From Candidatus Bathyarchaeota archaeon (lineage in GTDB: Archaea > Thermoproteota > Bathyarchaeia > Bathyarchaeales > Bathycorpusculaceae): a DNA stretch of 64,000 bases. The stretch covers positions 224,001-288,000 of the forward strand of contig CAVYRJ010000008.1 in the NCBI GenBank assembly GCA_963770935.1, read 5' to 3'. The position numbers and the translations under genes were made by a program. Below, one piece after another: positions 31,540 to 42,165 of the stretch (positions are counted from its first letter, which is position 1; each line of letters opens with the position of its first letter). Under the pieces are notes generated by a model. That model was not told where the DNA came from. It did no database searches and was given only the letters and a program-made list of their open reading frames with translations.

Positions 31540-31964
31540 CATCAGGCGTTTTTGACCTGCTTCATCTTGGTCACGTGAGGTTTTTGGAAGATGCCAAAAG
31601 GGCAGGCGGAAAAAACGCAAAACTAATCGTCATTGTTGCAAGGGACAGCACAATAGAAAAAACTAAGGGCAGAAAACCAATTATGACTGAGGACCAACGT
31701 TGTGCCCTGGTTGAATCGCTTAGGGTAGTTGATGAAGCTGTTCTTGGTTATGAAGGTCTTGAAATCGGCGAAGTTATAGAAAAAATTAAGCCGGATTTTA
31801 TCGCGTTGGGCTATGACCAAACGGAGATGGAGAGGGAAGTCAAAGAGTACATTGAAGCCCATAAACTGCCTGTTTCGGTTGTGAGGATTGGCAAGTATGG
31901 GGAGAATGCTTTAGATAGCTCGTCTAAGATTAAACAGAAAATAATCGACAAACTCGGCAAATAA
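31506..31964 (+). CDS. ribL: FAD synthetase (cytidylyltransferase family)
   Basis: ASGVFDLLHLGH, VIVARD, IKPD.IALGYDQ, SSSKIK. Confidence 0.85.
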   Translation: MANKPRKKIVLASGVFDLLHLGHVRFLEDAKRAGGKNAKLIVIVARDSTIEKTKGRKPIMTEDQRCALVESLRVVDEAVLGYEGLEIGEVIEKIKPDFIALGYDQTEMEREVKEYIEAHKLPVSVVRIGKYGENALDSSSKIKQKIIDKLGK

Positions 31965-31977
31965 CGGTTGCACATTT

Positions 31978-32587
31978 ATGGGTTGCGAGAAATACAAGCC
32001 AACATACATTCTAATCGCATTAAACGTAGCTATCTACATTTACGGTGCAATCGTCGGCGGAAACGCATTCACCACACCCGACAGCGTCGTGTACCAGTGG
32101 GGACAAGTTAACCTGTATGTTTTCCAAGGTGCCTACTGGCAACTGTTCACATCCATATTCATCCACGCCTCGATAGTTCACCTTGTCGGCAACATGCTCT
32201 TTCTATTGATTTTCGGTTTGCGGGGAGAAGAAATGTTTTCGCTTCCAGAATTCCTCGCAATCTATCTCGTTGGTGGCTTAGTCGGCAATGTCCTTTCTTT
32301 AGTGTTCGGACCACTCTTTGTTTCAGTTGGAGCTTCAGGAGCGATTTTCGCAATGTTTGGGGCCTGCGTCATTTATGGTAGGCGTTCAGTTCGGCAATCT
32401 ATTCTGGGTGCACTTAGTTTATGCGTTCTTCCTATTCTTTATCAACACCGGGGAAAACGTCAACATCTTAGCGCATCTAGGAGGACTGGGGTTCGGTCTA
32501 ATTGTCGGCTACTTAATTGCAGCAACCCGCAAACCAGACCATCAGGAAAAGATTAGACAGTCGTATTCTGTTGCCATGCCTTTTTAG
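31978..32587 (+). CDS. Rhomboid intramembrane serine protease; frameshift near 32412
   Basis: WQLFTSIFIH, HLVGNM and GASGAI in the first ORF; catalytic AHLGG in the shifted frame. Confidence 0.88.
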
Positions 32588-33277
32588 CTTGGTTGAGTGT
32601 AGACTTCAACTTTTACTTTGGTGCCATCTTTAAGACACAATGCTTTTCTTAGGCAAACAGGCGCAATGATTTCTAAAACTGAAGCATCATAATGGCTCCG
32701 CAACGCCGTTACTAAGGCTCCTTTAACCTCAGTGCCAATAATGGCTGGATAACATTTTACCAATCCAAAAGTGCGGTCCTCATTTTGAAAGCCTTTAACC
32801 TCAATCGCTGGATAAGCGTCCAGTTCCAAACGTGTCTTAATATCATAATCCGATAACAACTTCAGGTTAAGTGTGCCTGGGTAAGGTTCAAAACCCAATT
32901 TCTCAACAATCTGCTTTCGATAATAATCTTTTCCCATATAGTAGGCACCTTCACCCAAACCTGTAAAAACTGTTCCTTCCAACGTCACTGAAGGCGGATA
33001 AGATTTCTCCATCAAAACCTTTATACCCGAATACAATTTCTGCAACTCTCGTGTTCCTGTGCTCTTCGATGTTGATTAGGCTGCCATCAGGAGTTATGTT
33101 GCGTTGTATCCAGCCTTTGCGTTCAAGCTCGATTAGGTAGCGGGATGCAGTCTGCTGGGAAATCCCAAGCTTTTTCGCTAAGTACTCGGTTGAAATCTTG
33201 GCAATTCGCCGAAAAGCACCCATCTCCGCGAGTTTTAGGAGCATGTAGAGGTGCTGCCACTCCTGCTTCTCAGTCAA
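32584..33277 (-). CDS. ribK: CTP-dependent riboflavin kinase with N-terminal wHTH (RbkR-type); frameshift near 33055
   Basis: LGISQQTASR HTH; GLGEGAYY, PYPGTLN, LEIIAPVCLR..L.LKDG. Confidence 0.9.
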
Positions 33278-33391
33278 GGCTTTTTCTCCAGTGGATTAGA
33301 AAAGTAAGCCATGTAGCTATTTAAGCGGCTCGAAACCAAACCGCTAAATTTGTGCCATCCTAATGGTTAATTATTTGATAGGAAAAACGGG

Positions 33392-34130
33392 GTGAAGCTA
33401 ATGGCGAACGTTTTTGATGAAATGGGCGTTTATTGGGCGGAAATCGCGGACAAAAGCCAAACGGAAAAGCAACTGCAATTCCTGAAAACCCATCTCAGGT
33501 CAGATGGATACGTTTTGGATATTGCTTGTGGAACGGGAAGGCACTCGATTCCTCTAAGCCAAGAAGGATATGGCATGGTGGGCTTGGATGTTTCTGTGAA
33601 CCTTCTCAGGATTGCCAAGCAGCGTTCCAGCAAGGTTGCAGTGGTTTTAGGTGATATGCAACATTTGCCCTTCAAGGATGAAGCGTTTGCGGCTGCAATA
33701 AGCATAGATACGAGTTTTGGGTACTTGCTGTCCGAGAAAGATGATAGATTTAGTTTGGCTGAAGTTCAAAGGGTACTATTTCACCAGGGAGTTTTTGTTG
33801 TCGATGTTTTTAATCGAGAAGGTTTAATTCATCAAATACAGAAACGAAAAACAATCATCCAAATTGAAAGAATATCCCAGCTTTTTTCTACAACAAAAAC
33901 GAACAATAAGCAAAAAGGGCGATTTGCTTTGCGATTTGTGGACCATTCGAGAAAAGGCAAGCGGGCAATTAGCGGTTTTTGAACATACTGTTCGCTTGTA
34001 TGAGCGGGATCAGTTGGAGGGTTTGTTGGAGAAGACAGGTTTCTCTGTGAATCAGGTATATGGCGACTATGAAGAGGAAGACTTTAGCCCTAATTCGCCA
34101 AGGCTAATCATGGTAGCAAATGCCAAGTGA
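33392..34130 (+). CDS. Class I SAM-dependent methyltransferase; frameshift near 33830
   Basis: VLDIACGTGRH, GLDVS, GDM..LPF, TSFGY; shifted frame has VRLY..LEKTGF..VYGDY..SPRLI. Confidence 0.85.
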
Positions 34131-34232
34131 CATTTCTGCTATGATTGTTTTAAGGGTATATGCTTATCGGCAAGCACATAAAAGTTATAAGCGCCCATAA
34201 AGACACATTGAAGAATTAGACAGGGACAAAGC

Positions 34233-35225
34233 ATGAACGCTTGGAAACTCAGACTTTCTATGGCGGCAACTCTAGCCGCAATCTTTGGCTTAACCACCCT
34301 TGTTTTCGTAGTTATCTTAACATGGGCTGGAATAGGCTTTAGCCTCTTAACCATAGGAGCATTCGTAGTAGTATTCAACATCGCCCAATGGCTTCTGTCT
34401 CCTTACCTTGTGGGCTTGATTTACAAAGTTAAAGAAATGCCCCAGAACGAAAACCTCCAAGTTCACCAGATGGTTAGCGACCTAAGCCGAAAAAGTGGTA
34501 TCGCCAAACCAAAACTTATGCTATCACAAATCCCACTGCCCAACGCATTCGCATATGGTTCACCTTTAACCGGTAGTCGAGTTGCCGTAACCCAGGGGCT
34601 CTTGAAGAACCTTGACGACGGAGAGGTTGAAGCAGTCATAGGGCACGAATTAGGACATTTAAAGCATCGGGACGTTCAGGTTATGATGGTTGTTTCGTTC
34701 TTGCCAGCGTTGTTCTACTACATTGGCTACTCGCTTATGCTCTCAGGCATGTTCGGCGGGGGAGGACAACGCAAAAACGAAGGCGGAAACAACGCGTTAA
34801 TCGGCATTGCTTTCATGGCTTTCTCTTGGGTACTAACCTTGTTCACGCTTTACCTAAGCCGCTTACGTGAATACTACGCCGACAGACACAGCGCTGCAGT
34901 TGTGGAAAATGGCGCTGAGAAACTTTCCACTGGGCTTGTAACAATCGTGCAGGAAAGTAAACGAACAAATAAGCCCAATAAAGAACAGCAGAAAAGCCCC
35001 AGCTCCTTCAAAGCCCTCTTCATCTCAGATCCAGACCGCGCAGCTGCAGACTCAAATGAGCTTCATGCAAACAGAGTTACCAACAAATACGACCTGTTAA
35101 GAGAAACACTTGCAAAAAATCCCACGTCAGCCGACAAATTCGTAGAAATCTTGTCAACTCATCCAAATATAATCAAGCGGCTAAGAGCACTGCAAGAACT
35201 TAGCCGAAACCCAAGCACATACTAA
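34233..35225 (+). CDS. htpX: Zinc metalloprotease HtpX (M48)
   Basis: PNAFAYG, VAVTQGLL, VIGHELGH, SRLREYYAD, STHP..KR. Confidence 0.93.
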   Translation: MNAWKLRLSMAATLAAIFGLTTLVFVVILTWAGIGFSLLTIGAFVVVFNIAQWLLSPYLVGLIYKVKEMPQNENLQVHQMVSDLSRKSGIAKPKLMLSQIPLPNAFAYGSPLTGSRVAVTQGLLKNLDDGEVEAVIGHELGHLKHRDVQVMMVVSFLPALFYYIGYSLMLSGMFGGGGQRKNEGGNNALIGIAFMAFSWVLTLFTLYLSRLREYYADRHSAAVVENGAEKLSTGLVTIVQESKRTNKPNKEQQKSPSSFKALFISDPDRAAADSNELHANRVTNKYDLLRETLAKNPTSADKFVEILSTHPNIIKRLRALQELSRNPSTY

Positions 35226-35846
35226 AACAGCAAATCTTTGCTTCTTCGGCCCAAGAAGGGGTTACATTCGTTTTTCTTCCCCAATCATCGAGGTCTCGCC
35301 GTGTCCAGGATAAACCAGAAGCGAATCGGACAAACTTGTTAGTTTTTCCAGAGATCGCCTCATCTCGTTCATTGAGCCGCCTGGAAAATCTGTCCTGCCG
35401 ATTCCGCCAGCAAACAGCGTGTCGCCTGTAAAAACAAGTTTTTCTCCAACAAGACATATGCTACCAGGAGTGTGCCCAGGCGTATGCAGAACTTTGAGAT
35501 TTTCACCGCCAAACTTGACTATGCTGCCATTTTCCAACGATACGTTGCGTGGAAACTTATTTTTTTCTGTGCCTTCTATGAAATGTTCATCAAGCGAGTG
35601 GATACAGATGGGAACGTTTAGTTTTTGTTGAAAAAGCACGTTTCCCTTGATGTGGTCGTCGTGTCCATGTGTGTTAACGATATATTTCACCGTTAACTTC
35701 CCAGTGGATATGGAGCCTAGAATAGGTTTGGCTTCGGCTGAAAAATCCAGCCCTGGATCAAGCAGAATTGCTTCTTTTGTCTCTTTGGAGCTTGCAAGGT
35801 AACAGTTAGTGGATAACATGCCGACGGTGAAGGTTTCAACTATCAT
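35222..35846 (-). CDS. MBL-fold hydrolase (glyoxalase II-like); frameshift in the last codons
   Basis: TNCY, THGHDDHI, HTPGHTPG, FTGDTLF, GRTD, YPGHG; conserved NPFL lies in the shifted frame. Confidence 0.88.
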
Positions 35847-35946
35847 ACAAATCAACATGCAAATACGCTGTTGATAAAATAAGCATTTTCCCTGTTAATC
35901 TCAATCTATAAAAGCAAAAGTTTAGTTTAAATCTGAAAAATAAATT

Positions 35947-36168
35947 TTAAATACTAACTTCAATAGCGCTTCCGCATTTGCCGCAGCAAACAATTAATTC
36001 AACAAGCTCGCCGTTGACTAGTTTTGTATCTAAGATCTGGTAGTTCTCTTCCGAATCATCATCGGGCGATATCGACAAGCCGCATTTGGGGCACTGGAAC
36101 GAGCCATCATCGCTAGCCAAGTTTATCTTGTACATCGAGGCTTTTTTGTCCAGTTTTTTCATCATCAT
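35947..36168 (-). CDS. Small Zn-ribbon protein
   Basis: CPKC...ISPDD...CGKC. Confidence 0.7.
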   Translation of the reverse strand: MMMKKLDKKASMYKINLASDDGSFQCPKCGLSISPDDDSEENYQILDTKLVNGELVELIVCCGKCGSAIEVSI

Positions 36169-36310
36169 ATTCCTTCACTTCATTTGCTATAGTTTTTCAT
36201 TGACCGTTTTTATTAAATAACGATTATGAATTTCTATTCAGTATGCGGAATCCATTTAAAAGGTTGACGCAAAAAAAGGAAAAAAATACTGATTTGTTCA
36301 CCACTTTCGT

Positions 36311-38218
36311 TTAGGCTTCTGCTTCTTTTTCAAAGTTTTCAGGTGAAATGTAATCGCCATACTTCTCTTTGGCTTGGAGCAGACGTTCACGCTGCAGGTA
36401 AAGGATGCCGAACATTTCCAGCGGCGTATCAGTTACGTTTTCTTGGTAGAATCTTTGCACCCTTTCGATTTTTGCTAGGTTTTCTGGCACGCGGATAGTG
36501 AATTGTTTGATGTAGTCTTCTTTAGCGTAGTTTTTGTTTAGCACCTGTTTGAAGAGTTTATGGAGATCCTCGTATTTTGGTATGTATCCTGTTGGGGTTT
36601 TTATGGCTTCGACTTCGTGGTGTACACGTAGTTCCATCCATTTTATCCAAACATGCTTATCCTGTGGACTGTTAAGGTATTTGCCGTTGCCAACTTCCTT
36701 CAGGAAGTAGTTGACGCCGAAAACAATTGGTTGCTTTTTGAGTTTTCGCCCGAAATCCAAGTTGTTGTGGACGTTTTTGCCCATGGGTATCGAGATGAAG
36801 TCTTGGATGCTCATCATGTTTATTTCAGGAACGCCTTCTTTGCCGATGGTTGCAAATGTGGTTTCGGTTTCAAGCGAGGCACCGTAAGCGACTATACCGT
36901 GGTCCCAGCTGAAGCTTTGCTGAACAGGCACGTAAGCTTTAACGTCGCGTCCGCCGTACATTATGCCGCCTAATTCCACACCTTTAGGATTATCAAGTTC
37001 AGGGTCAACGTTCTCCAAGGCTTTTAGTGCTACTGCGTAACGTGCGTTTTTGTGGGCGGCTGGAACGTCGTTGCCATTTTCGTCTTTTTTGCCTTCGTAC
37101 CATGTGCCAGTGTAGTTTAAGCCTTCTTTAGGCAGTTCTTTTCCCATGCCAAGCCAGTAAGGTTTGCCGTCTTTCACCAGAATGTTAGAGAAGATTATTT
37201 CTCCCTGAGAAGTTAGCACTTTATAGATTAGGGCATCGTCTTTTGGGTTTACGTCCTGTATAATGCCAAAGATGCCTGATTCAACATTGACTGCTCGTGC
37301 GGCAGAGTCGATGTCTCGGATGTAGGCTATGTCGTCGCCAAGGATTGTTTCGCCTGGAAGCATAGCTGTTGAGGTTTTGCCGCATGCACTTGGGAAAGCT
37401 CCTGCAAAGTAGGTTTTGCGTCCGTTTGGACCAAACACACCCATGAGCAGCATGTGTTCAGCTAGCCATCCTTCGCTGCTGGCTTTGCGGATTGCCAAGC
37501 GGAAGGCAAGTTTTTTGAAGCCTACCGAGTTTCCTGCGTACTGTGTGTTGACGCTGTAGATGGTGTTGTCCATGTGGTCTATGTAGATGCGTTTTTTACT
37601 GTAATCTACGCTGACCATGTCCTCGTTTACTTTTCCGGAAGAGTGAAGGACACGTAGGAAGTCGCTTTTTGGTCCTGCCTTCACGAATTGTTCATAGCCA
37701 GGACGGTAGAGCAAATCTTCCGAGTGCGCTACATACCATGAGTCAGTGCATTGTAATCCCAAAATCGTAAAGATCGAGTCAGCTGGCCCCAACGAGATAA
37801 AGCGGACAATCATCGTTTTGCCAACCATAGAATCCCGTAGCAACCCTCTAACTTCGGCCAGACCCTCTTGGCGATCCATCTGGTTGAGAGCTTTAGATAA
37901 GCTAACACCTTTTGCTACGAGGTATTTGGTGTTTTGGCGGTCTCTTCCTTGGTCTTGTTCGCCATCAAAGTGAACTGTGTGTCCAGGCATGGTTAGGATG
38001 GCTTTTTCTTCTCCATAGGCAACTGCTTGTTTTCGAACATGTGCGATGTCTTCAGCTGAGTCGCTGCAGATGAAGATTTTTTCGGCGTGGCAGAGGTCGC
38101 TTTCTTTGGCGATAAACTCATGGACGTTGGGGTTGTCTATGGCGCTTAGTTTTTGGAAGTCTTTGGAGCTTAGTTTGGATTGTAAGGCTTCAAGGTATGG
38201 ATTCATAGGTTTCATCAT
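36311..38218 (-). CDS. pckG: Phosphoenolpyruvate carboxykinase (GTP)
   Basis: YAGN, KKLAFR, WLAEHM, AFPSACGKT, GDDIA, NVESGIFG, HKNARY, YGGR, VNYF. Confidence 0.95.
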   Translation of the reverse strand: MMKPMNPYLEALQSKLSSKDFQKLSAIDNPNVHEFIAKESDLCHAEKIFICSDSAEDIAHVRKQAVAYGEEKAILTMPGHTVHFDGEQDQGRDRQNTKYLVAKGVSLSKALNQMDRQEGLAEVRGLLRDSMVGKTMIVRFISLGPADSIFTILGLQCTDSWYVAHSEDLLYRPGYEQFVKAGPKSDFLRVLHSSGKVNEDMVSVDYSKKRIYIDHMDNTIYSVNTQYAGNSVGFKKLAFRLAIRKASSEGWLAEHMLLMGVFGPNGRKTYFAGAFPSACGKTSTAMLPGETILGDDIAYIRDIDSAARAVNVESGIFGIIQDVNPKDDALIYKVLTSQGEIIFSNILVKDGKPYWLGMGKELPKEGLNYTGTWYEGKKDENGNDVPAAHKNARYAVALKALENVDPELDNPKGVELGGIMYGGRDVKAYVPVQQSFSWDHGIVAYGASLETETTFATIGKEGVPEINMMSIQDFISIPMGKNVHNNLDFGRKLKKQPIVFGVNYFLKEVGNGKYLNSPQDKHVWIKWMELRVHHEVEAIKTPTGYIPKYEDLHKLFKQVLNKNYAKEDYIKQFTIRVPENLAKIERVQRFYQENVTDTPLEMFGILYLQRERLLQAKEKYGDYISPENFEKEAEA

Positions 38219-38222
38219 TTCC

Positions 38223-39188
38223 TTAGAGTTCGTTAACGGTTCCTGGTACACGGGGGAATGGTTGGGTTTCAGCGATGTGTTTTACGCCTGCAATCCAACC
38301 GACTAAACGTTCCATTCCTATACCTCCGCCAGCAGTTGGTTTAAGTCTGCCTTCTTTTGCCATTTTCAAGACTAAAGCATAGTTTTCTTTCTTAACTTGG
38401 TCGCGCTCAATCTTCTTGGAAATCTTGGAGTATTCCCATTCGCGTTTAGCGCCTGAGAGAACCTCGCCGAACTGCGGCATGAACAGGTCATAGTTGTCCC
38501 ATTTGCCTGTCTTGAAGTCTTCAAAGTCATAAAATTCCCGAGGAATGTTTGTGACCCAAACAGGCTCGGTTATTTCTTGGGATAAACCTGCTTCCCAGTC
38601 ACCACCGTATTTAGCTTCAAGGTCTACGCGGTCGTAGATTTTAAAGGGCGTCTTGGGCGCTTTTAGGGTGTCACAGCGACAAAGAGTTGTTAATTCGCTC
38701 TTCATTTCACGTTTTAAATCTTTAACTAAAGTGCTTATAGCTTCTTCAACCAATGCGAAAACGTCTTTTGAGGTAGCATCGCGGGCTTCAAAGTCCAGTT
38801 GTGTGAACTCGTAGATGTGTTTGCCTGTTTTAGCGCGTTCAGCTTTTTCGATGCGTATGTTGGGTGAGAGTATGAATAGTTTGGGGTAGGCGGTTGAAGC
38901 TGCGACGAGTTTATGGATAATCATGCTGGCGGTGGTACGGACTGGTTTTCCGTATATGTCTACTTCGATTCTTTTCTCAATGGATGCACCTGGGTCTGGC
39001 CAGAGAGGGTCAGTGCTTTGGCTTAGCGCCACGGGCAGAAGCCATTGGAAGCCTTTGTTAACAAAAGTTGTTGAGAGGCTTCTTAGGGTATAAGTCATGA
39101 TTTTGCCTATGCAGGCTTTTCTTTCCATTTCCGTTACTGTCAGTTGGTCTAACGGTTTTGGCATTTCGATTAATTCTTGTTTTGGCAA
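38223..39188 (-). CDS. asnA: Archaeal asparagine synthetase A (AsnRS catalytic-domain paralogue, no anticodon domain)
   Basis: STDPLWPDP, SMIIHK, SPNIRIE, H.YEFTQLDFE, REFYD, GEVLSGAKREWEY, GGGIGMERL. Confidence 0.88.
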   Translation of the reverse strand: MPKQELIEMPKPLDQLTVTEMERKACIGKIMTYTLRSLSTTFVNKGFQWLLPVALSQSTDPLWPDPGASIEKRIEVDIYGKPVRTTASMIIHKLVAASTAYPKLFILSPNIRIEKAERAKTGKHIYEFTQLDFEARDATSKDVFALVEEAISTLVKDLKREMKSELTTLCRCDTLKAPKTPFKIYDRVDLEAKYGGDWEAGLSQEITEPVWVTNIPREFYDFEDFKTGKWDNYDLFMPQFGEVLSGAKREWEYSKISKKIERDQVKKENYALVLKMAKEGRLKPTAGGGIGMERLVGWIAGVKHIAETQPFPRVPGTVNEL

Positions 39189-39300
39189 TTTAGGTCACTG
39201 TAAATCTGGTTTTGTGTACTCTGTGCAGGGTAGGTAATAAATTTTTTATAATAAAAACATAGATAATTTACAATTAATGCAAGTTTTTATACTTGAAACC

Positions 39301-39313
39301 TGTAATAATTACA
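39301..39313. promoter_or_regulatory. Palindrome at the start of the Lrp/AsnC gene (candidate autoregulatory site)
   Basis: TGTAAT-A-ATTACA immediately before ATG 39315, in the divergent asnA/lrp spacer. Confidence 0.35.
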
Positions 39314-39314
39314 T

Positions 39315-39824
39315 ATGAGCATAAAATTAGACGAAAAAGACCTTGCGATTCTAACACTCATCCAAGAAAACAGCAAACTTACCGCCAACCAAATAGCCAA
39401 AAAAATCAGCACCCCTATCACCACAGTCTTCGCCAAAACCAAACGCATGGAAGAAATGGGAATAATAAAACAGTACCGAGCAATCCTCTCCGCAGAAAAA
39501 CTCAACCTCGGAACAGCAGCATTCATCTTAGCCGCGGTTTCTTACAGAGCAAAAAACGAAGACGAAACACCAATTTCTCAAAGACAGGTAGCAGAAGAAA
39601 TCGCTCGATTCCAAGAAGTACAAGAAGTCCACATAATCACTGGCGATTGGGATTTACTCGTAAAGTTGCGTGCCGAAAACGTGGAAGCAGTCGGCAAGTT
39701 TGTGGTCGACAAGTTGCGGTTGATTAAGGGATTAGATAAAACGTTGACATGCATGGTTTTCGAGACCGTAAAAGAGTCCACGAGCCTTCCTCAAACATTC
39801 AGGAAAAACCAGCCAAAACCTTAG
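39315..39824 (+). CDS. Lrp/AsnC transcriptional regulator
   Basis: LDEKDLAIL..IQENSK HTH; RAM domain VQEVHIITGDWDLLVK. Confidence 0.92.
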   Translation: MSIKLDEKDLAILTLIQENSKLTANQIAKKISTPITTVFAKTKRMEEMGIIKQYRAILSAEKLNLGTAAFILAAVSYRAKNEDETPISQRQVAEEIARFQEVQEVHIITGDWDLLVKLRAENVEAVGKFVVDKLRLIKGLDKTLTCMVFETVKESTSLPQTFRKNQPKP

Positions 39825-40249
39825 GCTGAACTGGAATAGTAAAGCAAAGGCAAAGCCAGAAGCACCGTGTTTTTTCCCTTAGCAGTTAGAGCGTACTCCA
39901 CCCGCAGGGGCGGTCCAGCTGTGATGTTTCTTGTTATGTAACCGTGGGTTTGCAGCATTTTGAGTTTGTCTGAGAGCGTTCTTGAGTTGACGGTCAGAGT
40001 TTTTTTTATTTCGCCAAAGCCGATTGCATCTTTGAGCATTAGTGTGTAGAGGATTTCGAGACTCCATTTTTGGAACAGGAAGTTAAAGCTTTCTTGGAGA
40101 CTTTCTAGTTCGTCTTTGAGTTCGGTTGGGGTGATTTTTTGTTTTTCTATTATTTGGTTGAAGGTTTCTTCCACGCCTTTTAGAACTTGGTTCATACGGG
40201 CTTCGACGAGTTTACGGAATTCTGCACTTAAAGTTAAAGGAGCACTCAT
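39821..40249 (-). CDS. HxlR-family wHTH regulator
   Basis: KWSLEIL, FGEIKK, RTLSDKLK.L, PPLRVEYALTAKG. Confidence 0.88.
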   Translation of the reverse strand: MSAPLTLSAEFRKLVEARMNQVLKGVEETFNQIIEKQKITPTELKDELESLQESFNFLFQKWSLEILYTLMLKDAIGFGEIKKTLTVNSRTLSDKLKMLQTHGYITRNITAGPPLRVEYALTAKGKNTVLLALPLLYYSSSA

Positions 40250-40295
40250 GTACTTTACACTCGGTGTGGTTTTGCTTACTTCATTATTTATTAAG

Positions 40296-40328
40296 CTTTA
40301 CATATACAACAAGGTATACAAAGTAAAG
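40296..40328. promoter_or_regulatory. Nested inverted repeat between the divergent HxlR and GGR genes (candidate operator)
   Basis: CTTTAC..TATAC-N6-GTATA..GTAAAG. Confidence 0.35.
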
Positions 40329-40350
40329 TTAATAGTGGAGGATCAATCAC

Positions 40351-41712
40351 TTGGAAAAATATGACGTCATAGTCGTTGGCGCAGGAACAGCAGGCTGCCT
40401 TGCAGCAAAAACCATCGCTGAAAAAGGCTTAAAAGTATGCTTAATTGAAAAGAAAAAACGCGAAGAAATCGGAGAAAAAGTCTGCGGCGATGCCCTAGGC
40501 GAGCACCACCTAAAATTCCTGGGACTTGAGAAACCCACGGGCGGCGAGTTAGAAGCAAAAATCGACGGCATAAAAATTTACTCTCCCGACGAAAACACTG
40601 TTTTCACCATTGCCGACAAAGACTTCATCGGCTACCTACTCAACAGACGTCTATTCGGGCAATGGCTCTTAAACAAAGCCACTGAAAAAGGCGCAATCCT
40701 CCAAGACAACATGAACTTCCGCGCACCCATCATTGAGAAGGCTGCAGTAGCAGGAATCACTGCAAAAAACATGAAAACAGGCAAGGTTTCTGAACTTCGA
40801 AGCAAAGTTGTGGTTGACGCCAGCGGCTACTTCGGCATGGTACGCAAACAATTACCAGCGGAAATGGGCATAGACCGCGACATAGCAAACCAAGACGTCG
40901 AAGCATGCTACCGAGAAATCCGTCAACTAAAACAGGAAACCGAAAACACCCGTTTCTGCGAAATTTACCTTAACCAAAAAGCTTCACCAGGCGGTTACAT
41001 ATGGATTTTCCCCAAAGGCGGAGCACGAGTAAACGTCGGCTTAGGCATCTGCATGCGCAACAACTACCCTAATCCCAAACAGCAACTCTACGAGACTGCT
41101 TTCAAGAAACCGATCTTTGATGGCTCCTTGGTTTTAACTGCGGGCTCATGGTTTGATCCAGTCCGCAGACCTTTAGACAACATGGTTTCAAACGGTGTCA
41201 TGTTAGTTGGCGATGCTGCTTCGTTAGTTAACCCGATTCATGGCGGCGGCATAGGACCTTCAATGCTAAGCGGTTACTTTGCAGGACAACAAATCGTTGA
41301 AGCACTAAACAAAGGCGAACCCACTAAAGAAGCACTCTGGGGCTACAACAAGAAATATATCGATACCTACGGCAAAAAACAAGGCACCCTTGACATTTTC
41401 AAAATGTTCCTCTTATCTTGCAGCGACGCAGATCTAAACTACGGCATGAACGAGAAGCTCATGACAGAAGACGATGTGCTCAAAGCAGGTATGGGCGATG
41501 ACTTCCACCTTAACATTACAGAAACCGCCAAACGAGTCTTCAGGGGCTTACGCCGCGTCGGATTCCTCAACAGGTTACGCTTGACCGTTATGATGATGAA
41601 GGGTTTACGCGCACACTACAACACATACCCAGATACACCAGCGAACTTTGAGCCATGGCGCCTACAAACAACAAAACTTATCGAAGACGCCAGAGCAAAA
41701 CTCGTAGATTAG
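40351..41712 (+). CDS. Geranylgeranyl reductase family flavoprotein (DGGGPL reductase-like)
   Basis: VVGAGTAG, KVCGDA, VDASG, GYIWIFPK, VGDAA..VNPIHGGGI. Confidence 0.9.
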   Translation: MEKYDVIVVGAGTAGCLAAKTIAEKGLKVCLIEKKKREEIGEKVCGDALGEHHLKFLGLEKPTGGELEAKIDGIKIYSPDENTVFTIADKDFIGYLLNRRLFGQWLLNKATEKGAILQDNMNFRAPIIEKAAVAGITAKNMKTGKVSELRSKVVVDASGYFGMVRKQLPAEMGIDRDIANQDVEACYREIRQLKQETENTRFCEIYLNQKASPGGYIWIFPKGGARVNVGLGICMRNNYPNPKQQLYETAFKKPIFDGSLVLTAGSWFDPVRRPLDNMVSNGVMLVGDAASLVNPIHGGGIGPSMLSGYFAGQQIVEALNKGEPTKEALWGYNKKYIDTYGKKQGTLDIFKMFLLSCSDADLNYGMNEKLMTEDDVLKAGMGDDFHLNITETAKRVFRGLRRVGFLNRLRLTVMMMKGLRAHYNTYPDTPANFEPWRLQTTKLIEDARAKLVD

Positions 41713-41807
41713 GCAAAAAAGACAAATCTTCCCTTCTTCATTTTTATTTTCCTGTTTCTGAAATGCTTAAATTCACAGCCTACATGCATACTAATTGGTG
41801 AAAAAAG

Positions 41808-42161
41808 ATGGTTTACTGCTCTAACTGCGGAACAAAATTAGATGATGACGCATATTTCTGTTATAAATGTGGAACAAAGACTCAAGCAGGCAAAAACGCC
41901 AAAGCTATGTATCCCTCTGACGAGTTGCGGGATGCTTTCTACCAAGTGGGGCTTGAACTTGAAAAGGCATTCACTTTAGCTGCAAAAGAGACGCAGGCAG
42001 CGTTTAAGAAAGTCAGCGAGAACGCGCAGCAAAAAACCGCTTCTAGCCCCCAAGGAAATGTTGTCTGCTCAAGTTGTGGATCCAAAAACATTTCGGGCGC
42101 TGTTTTCTGTCAAAGCTGCGGCGCCAAGGCAGCGTCTGAAGAACCTAAAGGAAGCAAATAG
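41808..42161 (+). CDS. Double zinc-ribbon protein
   Basis: YCSNCG..FCYKCG at the N-terminus and CSSCG..FCQSCG at the C-terminus. Confidence 0.8.
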   Translation: MVYCSNCGTKLDDDAYFCYKCGTKTQAGKNAKAMYPSDELRDAFYQVGLELEKAFTLAAKETQAAFKKVSENAQQKTASSPQGNVVCSSCGSKNISGAVFCQSCGAKAASEEPKGSK

Positions 42162-42165
42162 AGAA

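Noticed and set aside
38223-39188. Asparaginyl/aspartyl-tRNA synthetase
   Set aside because: It lacks the N-terminal anticodon OB domain, and its motifs match the AS-AR asparagine synthetase.
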